In this document: piece after piece, positions 49,723 to 58,919 of the stretch
Layout of the letters: every line of letters begins with the position of its first letter
How positions within the stretch are numbered: position 1 is the stretch's first letter
Assembly (NCBI GenBank): GCA_965267575.1
Contig: OZ254086.1
Coordinates: 1,600,001-1,664,000 of the forward strand
Reading direction: 5' to 3'
Source: Calditrichales bacterium
GTDB taxonomy: Bacteria > Calditrichota > Calditrichia > Calditrichales > J004
DNA: 64,000 bases
Notes under the pieces: generated by a model
Told to the model about the DNA's origin: nothing
Databases searched by the model: none
What the model saw: the letters and a program-made list of their open reading frames with translations, nothing else
Made by a program: the position numbers and the translations under genes

Positions 49723-49833
49723 TTACCGTTCCTGTGCGTCCACCAGCACCCGCGTGCTGCCGTCATCTTCTATCACGGCTATTTTCCCGGAGAGGCCGTA
49801 GGTGAGTGTGCGGGAAAGAGTCCCTTCCTTCAT
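49723..49833 (-). pseudogene. Degraded Rhs core remnant
   Basis: Translates as MKEGTLSRTLTYGLSGKIAVIEDDGSTRVLVDAQER*; GSTRVLVDA resembles the Rhs (DHL)GSTRxxxD motif. Confidence 0.5.
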
Positions 49834-49847
49834 CTTTCATCTTTGCT

Positions 49848-51050
49848 TCACTTCAACCAGGCCAGCGGGTCATAGGTCTGGTTGCCGCCGTAGATTTCAA
49901 AATGCAGCTTGGAGCCGGCCAGCGCGCCGCTGTCGCCCACCCGGGCGATGACCTGGTTGTTGTCCACGATATCATTTTTCTGCACGTAAATTTCGCCAAG
50001 ATGCGAATAGACCGTGTAGTAGCCGTGCCCGTGATCGATGATCACCGTGTTGCCGTAGCCGGAAAGGTAGGTGATCATGCGGACGACGCCGGTGAAAACG
50101 GACTTTACGGGGGCGCCCAGCTTGCTGGAGATCTCGATGCCGCTGTTGGTGACGTAGGTTTTGGAAGCCGCGTCGTATTGCTTACCAAACTTGCTGATCA
50201 CTTTGCCTGAGACGGGCCAGGGCAGCCGGCCCTTGCCTTTTTTAAAATCATCAAAATCGATAACGACCGGCGCTTCGGCAGGTCGCGGGCTATCCGGTTT
50301 TTGCGTCCGCTGCCGTTCCAGGGCCAGCTTGCGTTCGCGTTCCAGCGTGGCAATAAGTTGGGTCAGCTTTTCACGCTCCTGTTGTTTTTGCGTGATCTGC
50401 CTTTGGTAAAAGGATTCGTCTTTTTTGACGCTGGCCAGTAGTTGCTGCTTCTCATCCAGGCGGGCTTTGTAGCGCTGTTCTTCGGCCAGCTTCTCACGCA
50501 GGCTGCGGTTTTTTGCTTCCAGGTCGGTGGTGAGCCGGCGCTGAAGTTCGCGGATCCTGTTTTCCTTTTCCTCAATCTGGCGGATCGTTTTTTCATCCTG
50601 TTCCGCGATGCGTGCCAGGTAGCGGTAGCGTATCAGCGCCTGGTTCAGCGACTGCGCCGTCAGGATCAATTCAAGGTCGCGGACCTTGCCGTGCTTATAA
50701 GTGTAAACCAGCCGCTGGGCGTATAGGTCTTTCAGTTTTTGCAGCTTGTCGCGGGTGTCGCGAAGTTCCAGGCGGCTGTTTTTGAGGCGCTGCTCCAGCA
50801 GGCGTTGTTCGCGCAAAAGCAGACCTTTGGTGCGGGCGATCAGGGCGATCTCCTTATCAATCTGGTTTACCTGCTGGTCGATGCTGCCGGCCTTTTTCTC
50901 CGTGGACTGCAACTGCTTTTTCAGCGAGTCGATTTCATCGCGGATGGCATCGAGGCGCGAGCGGTTTTGGCGCAGTTGTGTGTCATAATCCTGTGCCGGC
51001 ACAGAAACCAGCAAAGCCATCAGGGCGATCGTTAAGACTCTAAAACGCAT
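49848..51050 (-). CDS. envC: Murein hydrolase activator EnvC family (coiled coil plus degenerate M23)
   Basis: Signal peptide, long coiled coil, KGRLPWPVSG, NSGIEI (first metal-binding His absent), YGNTVIIDHG and LHFEI. Confidence 0.85.
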   Translation of the reverse strand: MRFRVLTIALMALLVSVPAQDYDTQLRQNRSRLDAIRDEIDSLKKQLQSTEKKAGSIDQQVNQIDKEIALIARTKGLLLREQRLLEQRLKNSRLELRDTRDKLQKLKDLYAQRLVYTYKHGKVRDLELILTAQSLNQALIRYRYLARIAEQDEKTIRQIEEKENRIRELQRRLTTDLEAKNRSLREKLAEEQRYKARLDEKQQLLASVKKDESFYQRQITQKQQEREKLTQLIATLERERKLALERQRTQKPDSPRPAEAPVVIDFDDFKKGKGRLPWPVSGKVISKFGKQYDAASKTYVTNSGIEISSKLGAPVKSVFTGVVRMITYLSGYGNTVIIDHGHGYYTVYSHLGEIYVQKNDIVDNNQVIARVGDSGALAGSKLHFEIYGGNQTYDPLAWLK

Positions 51051-51846
51051 ATTGAAATCCAAGTCCATGACTGATATTGAGAATAGGATGCAGTTCCAAT
51101 GCATAATCTAAAACAAAAGGCCCGTTTTTGTAAGCAGCCCCGGCCGAAAAAACGTCCTGATCGCGCACGCCACCCAACAGATCAAACTGCTCCAGCACTT
51201 CCACCGCCAAACCAATGTGGTAGGTGAAATCGTAAAGTTCATCTTTAAAGATATCAAAATTCAGCACTATACCCGAAGCAGCCGCGTAGCTAAAAGCCAG
51301 CGCGCCCTGCAGCGGCACCTGCTCGCCGGATTGCCCCAGTTCCGGGCGCAAAATGTTATCGGCGACCGCGGCAATGGTAATAGACTGTACAGGCCGGTAT
51401 TGCAATGCAACGGAAAAGGAGACAGCACCGGCGGAGCCATAGCGTTCAATCGAAAGCTGGTAAAAATGGAATGCCACGCCCGTCTGCAGTTGTCCGTCCA
51501 GCCAGCTATAGGCGGTGCCCCAGGCGATGTCGTTTTCGCCGTAAAGAGGATTGCCAAAGCGGTTGAGAGCCACGGCGTGGTTTAAACCCAGGGCCTTAAA
51601 GCTGCCCTGAACGGCCAGACCATTCAGACCTTCCACACCCCAGTAAGTGCGGTAAAACAGGTCAATCCGTACTCGTTCGCTAAGAGCAATTGTCGCCGGA
51701 TTGGCGAACAGGCTGAAGGATGTGGCTGCGGCTCGTCCGGACAAACCCAGCGCCATATAGCGGGTGCCGGGAAGCCTGGCCTCAAAGGCGGCTTGCAGCG
51801 GAAATGCGATCAGAAGTGTGATAAAGAGAAAGCGTTTCAGGGCCAT
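51040..51846 (-). CDS. PorV/PorQ-like outer-membrane beta-barrel protein
   Basis: Signal peptide, GTRYMALG..FANPA N-terminal motif, amphipathic strands, C-terminal LDYAL..HP.L..SH..GFQYAF. Confidence 0.6.
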   Translation of the reverse strand: MALKRFLFITLLIAFPLQAAFEARLPGTRYMALGLSGRAAATSFSLFANPATIALSERVRIDLFYRTYWGVEGLNGLAVQGSFKALGLNHAVALNRFGNPLYGENDIAWGTAYSWLDGQLQTGVAFHFYQLSIERYGSAGAVSFSVALQYRPVQSITIAAVADNILRPELGQSGEQVPLQGALAFSYAAASGIVLNFDIFKDELYDFTYHIGLAVEVLEQFDLLGGVRDQDVFSAGAAYKNGPFVLDYALELHPILNISHGLGFQYAF

Positions 51847-51934
51847 GCGCCTGATCCTTTAAACGGTGCGCACATAGCATATTGAAAGCATGGGAAATAT
51901 TCAAGTTAATAAACGATTTCAGTTTTAATAGTTA

Positions 51935-53068
51935 TTATCGATTTTTAATACGCTTTATATAAGCGTCCCATACACTCAAGAATGTTTCCAAATTTGATGG
52001 AGACAGTAGAGAATTCAGATTAAAAGAAGGTCTTCGATTTATCGAATCTTCGGGAAGTTTAATTCCCGGAATTTTATTTAATTTTCTTAACAAATCCAAA
52101 CGATTAGACTTCTCATTATAAATAGGTTTTTCCTTGATCCATTGAAAGGAAATTTCAACTGTCGCATTTGTCCATATTGAAAACATAAAATATTTACTAT
52201 CACTATAATCAAGCATAGGAACTAATGAGCCCAATTTCTGTCCTTTACCCCACCAAACTCTTAAGCCATTCTTTTCCGTCCAGCTTAGAATATTTTCTAC
52301 GAGGTCTGAAATATCTCTTCCAAAGTCTTGCCCTATTCGCTCTAAAAACGACTCCCGGGTCCACTGAGTCTTGGCGCTTTGTAAACGTGATTTTTTTTGC
52401 TTGACAATTGAGTTTTGCCCGACGACACGGGGAACAAGTGTCTTTCTGGATCCGGACGAAAACTGTTTTATTTCTACTCCCAATATCTCTGCCGGATTCA
52501 TTTGTTCATTTAAAAATTCAATAATTCCTCTCAATTCAGTGGGTATTTCATCAGCGACTATTAAAAGCCGGATTTGACCAATTTTTAAATTGTCTTCTAC
52601 TTTTTGCCAAAAAGCCGCGTAATCTTCTTCAATTTCTAAAACGCTGCGTAGCTTATCTTTTGCGTCCAAGCCGTTTTTTTGACAAAAGACTTCAAATGTA
52701 GCTTGTAGCTTTTCGGCGTTCCAATATGTTACAGCATTAGCTGCATACTCCAAGATTTGTCCGATCACTTCGCGCCTTATTCGCGTATCAGAACTACGTT
52801 TTACTTCTACCAACGTAGGTATACCGTCCTGATCAAGGAATAAGTGATCAACATACCAACGACTTATTCCTTCATCATTGTCGAATACGGATGCCTCTTT
52901 GGCGATTAAAACCCATCTTCTTGGATTTAAGTCATCTATTTGATCACCGGGAATCAGGTTTGGGTAGCTGACAAGTAATTTCTGTAGTATAAGTTCGGTA
53001 TCATAGGCCCTCTCATGCATTTCAACGAGACTGCCGTCTTGTTCGATAAGAAATATTCCGTTGCTCAA
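51935..53068 (-). CDS. PD-(D/E)xK nuclease-like protein (NucS/EndoMS-like N-domain)
   Basis: E..LQ.LL..YP, VDHLFLDQDGIPTLVEVKR and RREVIGQILEYAA motifs; AT-rich; TTG start with SD-like gggg (alternative ATG 53128). Confidence 0.65.
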   Translation of the reverse strand: MSNGIFLIEQDGSLVEMHERAYDTELILQKLLVSYPNLIPGDQIDDLNPRRWVLIAKEASVFDNDEGISRWYVDHLFLDQDGIPTLVEVKRSSDTRIRREVIGQILEYAANAVTYWNAEKLQATFEVFCQKNGLDAKDKLRSVLEIEEDYAAFWQKVEDNLKIGQIRLLIVADEIPTELRGIIEFLNEQMNPAEILGVEIKQFSSGSRKTLVPRVVGQNSIVKQKKSRLQSAKTQWTRESFLERIGQDFGRDISDLVENILSWTEKNGLRVWWGKGQKLGSLVPMLDYSDSKYFMFSIWTNATVEISFQWIKEKPIYNEKSNRLDLLRKLNKIPGIKLPEDSINRRPSFNLNSLLSPSNLETFLSVWDAYIKRIKNR

Positions 53069-53155
53069 ATGACCCCCATGAAAATATCTATCAAATTTAT
53101 ACACTAAACGGTATAAATTCGATAGCATTTTTGATGCGGGCCATTTTAAGTGAGG

Positions 53156-53479
53156 TCATTTTTTCACCGGCATTTCCGCAATTTCCGAAACTTCCAGTGT
53201 ACCGCCGGTTTCCAGGAAGGGGCAGGATTTGGCCATCTCCAGGACGTGTTCCATGGTGTCTGCCTCCACCAGCGTATAGCCGGACATCTTTGTGTCGCTG
53301 CCGGATTTAGCCAGGCCGTTTGCAGCAACGGTGTGGGTATTTTTAAAAGGATTGGCCGGACTGATAGCGGCCTCGCCGAGGCCGTTTAGCCACTCCATGT
53401 ATCTGGCAAAATTCTTTTTGCCTTCCTCCGGGGTTGCCGGCGGGTTACCACCGAGATAGACGATAGCGTAGCGGGGCAT
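53156..53479 (-). CDS. YciI-related protein
   Basis: YMEWL..LG, SGYTLVEAD...LEMAKSCPFL..GGTLEV motifs. Confidence 0.75.
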   Translation of the reverse strand: MPRYAIVYLGGNPPATPEEGKKNFARYMEWLNGLGEAAISPANPFKNTHTVAANGLAKSGSDTKMSGYTLVEADTMEHVLEMAKSCPFLETGGTLEVSEIAEMPVKK

Positions 53480-53501
53480 AGGCGTATCTCCTGTCTAGAG
53501 T

Positions 53502-53741
53502 TTATTCATCCTCCGAAATCGAGGTCCGGGAGCGGATTTCCTTCAATACATCCGTAATTTCCGCGGTGGTAATTCCAGTATTGACGCCTTTTACATTTAA
53601 AGGTGACTCGTTTTCTTCAGCAGGAAGTAAAATAAAAGAAGAACCATCTCTTCGTTTGATCAAAACCTTTCCTTCTATCCTGGCTTTCTCCAAAACGGCC
53701 GCAAAGTTTTGTCTTGCTTCAGAGTATGTGTAGGTTGTCAT
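53502..53741 (-). CDS. Phd/YefM family antitoxin
   Basis: MTTYTYSEARQNFAAVLEKA...VLIKRRDG. Confidence 0.85.
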   Translation of the reverse strand: MTTYTYSEARQNFAAVLEKARIEGKVLIKRRDGSSFILLPAEENESPLNVKGVNTGITTAEITDVLKEIRSRTSISEDE

Positions 53742-53743
53742 TT

Positions 53744-54109
53744 TTAGACCTCAATTAGATTTATTCCTTCACTTGAAGCTATGTCAACAAGAGCATTGTC
53801 CAAAGAAATTAAAGGACAATTTAACTCTTTACATGCCACGATAAAGTATGCATCATATGCATATATTGAATATCGATATGAGACCAATAGCGCATCATCA
53901 AGGTTTATGTCCAAAAACCGAATGGGAATTTCCTGATAATACTTTATTGCTTGAAGTGCTTTTTTGCTGGTCAGACGTTTTCTTCGAAACATTGCTGAAA
54001 ACGCATTTCCAACTTCCCAGTGTAACGAAGCAGGTGCAAAAAGTTCAGCGCTTTTTGTAATTTTGACAATTCGATGCTTTGTTTCTTCGTTTAAAAGAAC
54101 CGCTATTAC
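53744..54109 (-). pseudogene. VapC/PIN toxin lacking its N-terminus
   Basis: Frame extends upstream of 53992 as VIAVLLNEETK..APASLHWEVGNAFSAM and contains YAYDAYF and LISLD. The start codon and the first D(T/A)S motif are missing. Confidence 0.75.
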
Positions 54110-54194
54110 AAAATACGTAAGGGAAACGTTAAATCAGCACACGTTTTTTCATCACAAAAAATATGTATATTGTGGACTTAATTGATAGAAGGAC

Positions 54195-55055
54195 ATGCTT
54201 TTGTTTTACAATGATCCGCAGATTAAAAAAGCAATTCTGGAAATGATTGAACGGGCCCTGGTAGAAGACATCGGGCCGGGTGACGTGACCACCGAGGCCA
54301 TTGGTGCTGCCGGGCGCGAAGCAAAGGCAACCGTTATCGCTAAATCCGATTGTGTGGTGGCCGGGTTGTGGGTCTTTGCCAAAACCTTCCAGCTGCTGAA
54401 GCGCGACGTGGATGTGCGCTTTTTGTGCGACGAAGGCGCTGCCGTAAAAAAGGGGGATGTGATCGCCCATGTCAGCGGACCGGCGTCCACCCTGCTCTCG
54501 GCCGAACGAACCGCGCTCAATTTTTTACAACGCATGAGCGGCATCGCCAGCCAAACGCGCCTTTTTGTCGAAGCCGTTAAAGGCACCAAAACCCGCATTC
54601 TGGATACACGCAAAACCGCGCCGGGACTGCGGCTGACCGATAAGTGGGCAGTCGTGCTGGGCGGGGGAAACAATCACCGTATGGGTTTGTATGATATGGC
54701 AATGATCAAGGAGAACCACATTGCGGCGGCGGGGGGCATCAAAGAAGCTGTGAAGCGCGTGCGCGATCATGCCCGAGATAAGATCGGACTGGTGGTGGAA
54801 ATAACCATGGCCGGGCAGCTGGAACAACTTAAAAACCTAAAGGTAAACAGAATTCTTCTCGACAATATGTCGTTAGAAGAGATGCGCGAAGCCGTCGCGC
54901 TGAACAACGGACGTTTTGAGCTGGAAGCCTCAGGAAATGTCTCCCTCGAAAACGCAAAGGAAATAGCCCAAACTGGTGTAGATTTTATCTCTGTGGGCAG
55001 CCTGACGCATTCGGTTAAGGCGGCCGATATAAGTATGATTTTTGACCAGGAGTAA
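54195..55055 (+). CDS. nadC: Nicotinate-nucleotide diphosphorylase (carboxylating)
   Basis: EDIGPGDVTT, ERTALNFLQRMSGIA, LDTRKTAPG, NHRMGLYD, ILLDNM and EASGN motifs. Confidence 0.96.
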   Translation: MLLFYNDPQIKKAILEMIERALVEDIGPGDVTTEAIGAAGREAKATVIAKSDCVVAGLWVFAKTFQLLKRDVDVRFLCDEGAAVKKGDVIAHVSGPASTLLSAERTALNFLQRMSGIASQTRLFVEAVKGTKTRILDTRKTAPGLRLTDKWAVVLGGGNNHRMGLYDMAMIKENHIAAAGGIKEAVKRVRDHARDKIGLVVEITMAGQLEQLKNLKVNRILLDNMSLEEMREAVALNNGRFELEASGNVSLENAKEIAQTGVDFISVGSLTHSVKAADISMIFDQE

Positions 55056-55063
55056 AAAAAGCA

Positions 55064-56104
55064 ATGCGATATGAAGAGCTTTTTGAGCAGATGTATGAAA
55101 AACTGCAGCACGTTATGCCTGAGCTGTACATCCGCTACAAGGCCAAAGTGGCCCATGAAATTCTGCAATTGAAAAAAGAGCGTAATGCCGTCATTTTGGG
55201 GCACAATTACATGGAGCCGGCGCTGTATCATTTTATCCCCGATTTCAAGGGCGATTCGCTGGAGCTGAGCCGTAAGGCCGCCGAGGCGGAAGGCGACGTG
55301 ATCGTATTTTGCGGCGTGGAATTCATGGCCGAGACCGCAAAAATACTGAGCCCGGATAAAACGGTGTTGATTCCATCCGACAAGGCCGGATGCTCGCTGG
55401 CCTCCAGCATCACCGCGGAGGATGTGCGCGCCCTGAAAACCAAATACCCCGGCGTGCCTGTGGTCACTTATGTTAACACCTACGCCGATGTCAAAGCGGA
55501 AAGCGACATCTGCTGTACTTCGGGCAACGCCAGGCAGGTGGTGGAATCACTAAAAAGTGACAGCGTTATTTTCCTGCCCGACGAATTTTTGGCCGGTAAC
55601 ATTGCCCAGGAAACGGGCAAGAAACTGATCTTCCCCGATATGCAATCTAAAAACGGCAATAGTAACGGCGCCCTGCAGGCCAACCAAATGGTGGGCTGGA
55701 AAGGCCGCTGCGAAGTGCATGACAAATTCACCGTCGACGATGTAAAACGCGTACGTGAACAGCATCCTGATGTGCTGGTTCTGGCGCACCCCGAGTGCAG
55801 CCCGGAAGTGACGGAAGCCGCAGACTATTCCGGCTCCACTTCGGCCATGGTGCGCTATGTGGAGGAAAGCAACGCCCCGCGCTACCTGCTGCTTACCGAA
55901 TGCGCCATGGGTGACAACATTGCCGCGGCCAACCCGCAAAAAGAGATGCTGCGTTTGTGCAGCGTGCGCTGCCCGCACATGGCCCAGATCACGCTGGATG
56001 ACACGCTGGAATGCCTCAAGCAGATGCGCTATGAAATCACCGTGCCTAAAGAGGTGAGCGACAAAGCGCGCCGCGCCGTGGAACGGATGCTCGAAATAGG
56101 CTGA
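55064..56104 (+). CDS. nadA: Quinolinate synthase
   Basis: ILGHNY, GDSLEL, FCGVEFMAETAKIL, AGCSLA, YVNT, CEVH, AHPEC and CPHM (three Fe-S Cys). Confidence 0.96.
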   Translation: MRYEELFEQMYEKLQHVMPELYIRYKAKVAHEILQLKKERNAVILGHNYMEPALYHFIPDFKGDSLELSRKAAEAEGDVIVFCGVEFMAETAKILSPDKTVLIPSDKAGCSLASSITAEDVRALKTKYPGVPVVTYVNTYADVKAESDICCTSGNARQVVESLKSDSVIFLPDEFLAGNIAQETGKKLIFPDMQSKNGNSNGALQANQMVGWKGRCEVHDKFTVDDVKRVREQHPDVLVLAHPECSPEVTEAADYSGSTSAMVRYVEESNAPRYLLLTECAMGDNIAAANPQKEMLRLCSVRCPHMAQITLDDTLECLKQMRYEITVPKEVSDKARRAVERMLEIG

Positions 56105-57672
56105 TGCAGGAACTGGTCAAGGGCGATGTGCTGATCGTTGGCGGTGGCATCGCCGGTGGTATTGCCGCCTACCTGCTGGCCGAAAAAGGTGTTTCGGTGG
56201 TTTTGGCCAACCGCGCTTCCGAAGAAAGCGGCAGCAACACCTGGTATGCCCAGGGTGGCATCATCTATACTCATCCAGACGACACCCCGCAAAAATGCTT
56301 TGAAGACATCAATCACGCCGGCGATGGCATTTGTTATCCTGAAGCCGTGCGCCAGTTGTGCGAACAGGGGCCGGGCTACGTCCGCGATATCCTGATTGAG
56401 GCGCTGGGTATTGAATTTGACCGTGATGCAGACGGCAGCCTTTCGCAAATCGCAGAAGGCGGCCATTCCGTGCCGCGCATCATCCACTCCGCGGACGCCA
56501 CCGGTAAAGCCATCCAAAACGCGCTTATTGACCGCTTACAAAATCATCCTAACATACATTTTTTAAACGGCTTTACAGCGATTGATCTGTTGACGCCGGA
56601 GCACCATTCGCTGGACCGCCTCTCCATTTACGAACCGCGCCGTTGTGTAGGCGCCTACCTGCTGGAGCAAAGCTCCGGTCGTGTTGTGCGCGCCATTGCG
56701 TCGAATACGATTTTAGCGACGGGCGGGCTGGGGCGCATTTTTCTGCGTACGACAAATCCGGTCGGTGCGCGCGGTGACGGTATCGCCATGGCCAACCGTG
56801 CCGGCGCGCGTATCATCAACCTGGAGTATGTGCAGTTTCATCCCACCGCCCTGTTTCATCCCGGGGCCACCAGTTTCCTGATCTCCGAAGCCGCCCGTGG
56901 AGCCGGCGCGCGTCTGATGAATGCCTCCGGTGAATATTTTATGGAACGCTACGACGCGGAATGGCGCGACCTGGCACCTCGTGATGTGGTGGCCCGCGCT
57001 ATCCATTACGAAATGCTTCATGAAGGCAGTGAATGCGTCTATCTTGATTTTGCTTCGTTCCTGACTCCGGAAAAGATTGTCCACAAATTCCCGACGATTT
57101 ACGCCTTTTGCAAAAAACAAGGCTATGACATCACCCAAAAGCCTTTGCCTGTTGTGCCTTCTGCGCACTACTCCTGCGGCGGTATCTGGGTCGACTTGAA
57201 GGGTCGCACCACCATTGAAGACCTCTACGCCGTGGGCGAGGTTAGCTGCACAGGATTGCATGGAGCCAACCGGCTGGCCAGCAGCTCGCTTTTGGAAGGC
57301 CTGGTTTGGGCGGCCAAAGCTGCAGAAGACATCATGACAAAGGACGAACGGCCGCTGTATGAGCAATCGCTTATCCCGCCCTGGGACGCCGCCGATGAAT
57401 TTGAGCCCGACCCGGCGTTGATTGCCCAGGATTTTGCGACCATCCGCAACATTATGTGGAACTATGTCGGCCTGGTGCGTAACCGCCATCGTCTGCAGCG
57501 CGCCCACCGGGAACTGCGCCAATTGGAGCAGGAAATCGAACGCTTTTACCGCAAAACCAAACTCGCCGATGCGTTAATCGGCTTGCGTAACGCCGTGCGC
57601 ACCGCGGTATTGGTGACTTCCGCTGCATGGGAAAACCGCAAAAGCCGCGGCTGCCATTACCGGGAAGATTGA
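56104..57672 (+). CDS. nadB: L-aspartate oxidase
   Basis: GGGIAG, AQGGI, EGGHS..RIIH, QFHPT, LISEAARG, LAPRDVVAR, AHYSCGG and GLHGANRLASSSLLEG motifs. Confidence 0.95.
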   Translation: MQELVKGDVLIVGGGIAGGIAAYLLAEKGVSVVLANRASEESGSNTWYAQGGIIYTHPDDTPQKCFEDINHAGDGICYPEAVRQLCEQGPGYVRDILIEALGIEFDRDADGSLSQIAEGGHSVPRIIHSADATGKAIQNALIDRLQNHPNIHFLNGFTAIDLLTPEHHSLDRLSIYEPRRCVGAYLLEQSSGRVVRAIASNTILATGGLGRIFLRTTNPVGARGDGIAMANRAGARIINLEYVQFHPTALFHPGATSFLISEAARGAGARLMNASGEYFMERYDAEWRDLAPRDVVARAIHYEMLHEGSECVYLDFASFLTPEKIVHKFPTIYAFCKKQGYDITQKPLPVVPSAHYSCGGIWVDLKGRTTIEDLYAVGEVSCTGLHGANRLASSSLLEGLVWAAKAAEDIMTKDERPLYEQSLIPPWDAADEFEPDPALIAQDFATIRNIMWNYVGLVRNRHRLQRAHRELRQLEQEIERFYRKTKLADALIGLRNAVRTAVLVTSAAWENRKSRGCHYRED

Positions 57673-57756
57673 CCGTCTCCATGCCGTTGCAGGCATAAAC
57701 ACCATTTTGTTTTTAATAACAGCACCATTAGATTCTGCCAAAAAAATATCGTAATT

Positions 57757-58902
57757 ATGTCCGTTTATTTAGATCACTCCGCCACCACACCCATCGATCC
57801 TTCCGTTGCTGAAGCCATGCATCAATGGCTGCTTGAAAAAAGCGGCAATCCGTCCAGCCCGCACCGTGACGGGCAAAAAGCCAAAATACGGTTGGAGCAG
57901 GTCCGCGATGCCGTTGCTGCAGAACTTAACTGCCTGCCCAAAGAGATAACCTTTACCAGCGGCGGTACGGAAAGCAACAACCTGGCCCTGATCGGCGCGG
58001 CCACGGCCCAGCGGGAAAAGGGCCGGCACGTCATCGTCTCGGCCATCGAACACCCGTCTGTTTTAGGCGCCGCGCAGTACCTGAAGCAAAACGGCCTTGA
58101 GGTAGAACGGGCCCTGCCCGGGCGGGATGGCGTTGTAAGCGTTGAAACCATACAAAAGATGCTCCGTGAAGACACCATCCTCCTTTCGCTGATGCTGGTG
58201 AATAACGAGACCGGTGTTTTCCAGCCGCTGGATGAACTTGCTGCCCTGTGCCGGGAAAGAGATGTGGCCCTGCACTGCGACGCCATCCAGGCTTTTGCCA
58301 AATTCCCCATTGACCTGGATAAAACGGCCGTGGATTTCCTGAGCTTTTCGGCTCATAAAATAAACGGGCCGGCAGGAGTGGGCGGCTTGTTTGTGCGCAG
58401 CGGTGTACCCCTGGAAGCGCGCTCATATGGCGGCGGGCAAGAATCTAACCGCCGCCCCGGAACAGAGAATATGACAGGGATTGTTGGTCTCGGCGCCGCG
58501 CTTGAGCTTTACCGGAGTAAAGGTGAGAACCTGCGCCGGATGGAAGAGTTGCGGAATTTTTTTGAAAGCGAGTTAAAACAAAAACATACATCCTCCGTCA
58601 TAATTGGCGCGGATGGCCCGCGTTCGCCGTTTATCAGTTGTGTGGCATTTCCGGGCATTGATAACCAGGCCATGCTGCTCAACCTGGATATGGCCGGTGT
58701 TTCGGCTTCGGTGGGATCGGCCTGCAGCTCGGGCAGCATTAAGCAGTCTCATGTTTTGCAGGCCATGAAGTTGGATGAGAATATTATCGGTTCGGCTTTA
58801 CGTTTCAGCTTTGGGCTGTCTACGACAAAAGAAGATCTTCGTAAGGCATTAAAGGCAATCGATACTGTTACGGAACGTTTGGGCCGCCAGGCGGTCGTTT
58901 AA
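57757..58902 (+). CDS. iscS: Cysteine desulfurase (IscS/NifS group I)
   Basis: YLDHSATTP, GNPSS, FTSGGTESNN, SAHKINGP, RPGTEN and SVGSACSSG motifs. Confidence 0.9.
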   Translation: MSVYLDHSATTPIDPSVAEAMHQWLLEKSGNPSSPHRDGQKAKIRLEQVRDAVAAELNCLPKEITFTSGGTESNNLALIGAATAQREKGRHVIVSAIEHPSVLGAAQYLKQNGLEVERALPGRDGVVSVETIQKMLREDTILLSLMLVNNETGVFQPLDELAALCRERDVALHCDAIQAFAKFPIDLDKTAVDFLSFSAHKINGPAGVGGLFVRSGVPLEARSYGGGQESNRRPGTENMTGIVGLGAALELYRSKGENLRRMEELRNFFESELKQKHTSSVIIGADGPRSPFISCVAFPGIDNQAMLLNLDMAGVSASVGSACSSGSIKQSHVLQAMKLDENIIGSALRFSFGLSTTKEDLRKALKAIDTVTERLGRQAVV

Positions 58903-58919
58903 GGAGAAAAACTATTTCT

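Larger units (their letters stand above)
41338..49847 (-). other. Array of orphan Rhs C-terminal toxin / immunity cassettes
   Basis: Three copies of the Rhs core end (HTTDPARQWANPYKFNRNNAPNFYDPDGR), nested direct repeats, and alternating GC-richer toxin fragments and AT-rich small ORFs, all co-oriented. Confidence 0.88.

Noticed and set aside
41338-49847. Integron cassette array
   Set aside because: No integrase and no attC-like palindromic sites seen; the repeats are protein-coding Rhs segments.
49848-51050. EnvC-like M23 protein as part of the toxin array
   Set aside because: It has a housekeeping coiled-coil architecture, a degenerate metal site and backbone-like composition; it is unrelated to the M23 toxin tip.
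54150-54182. NrtR-type operator upstream of nadC
   Set aside because: GT-AC spacing is 9 nt rather than the expected 7, and the symmetry is weak.
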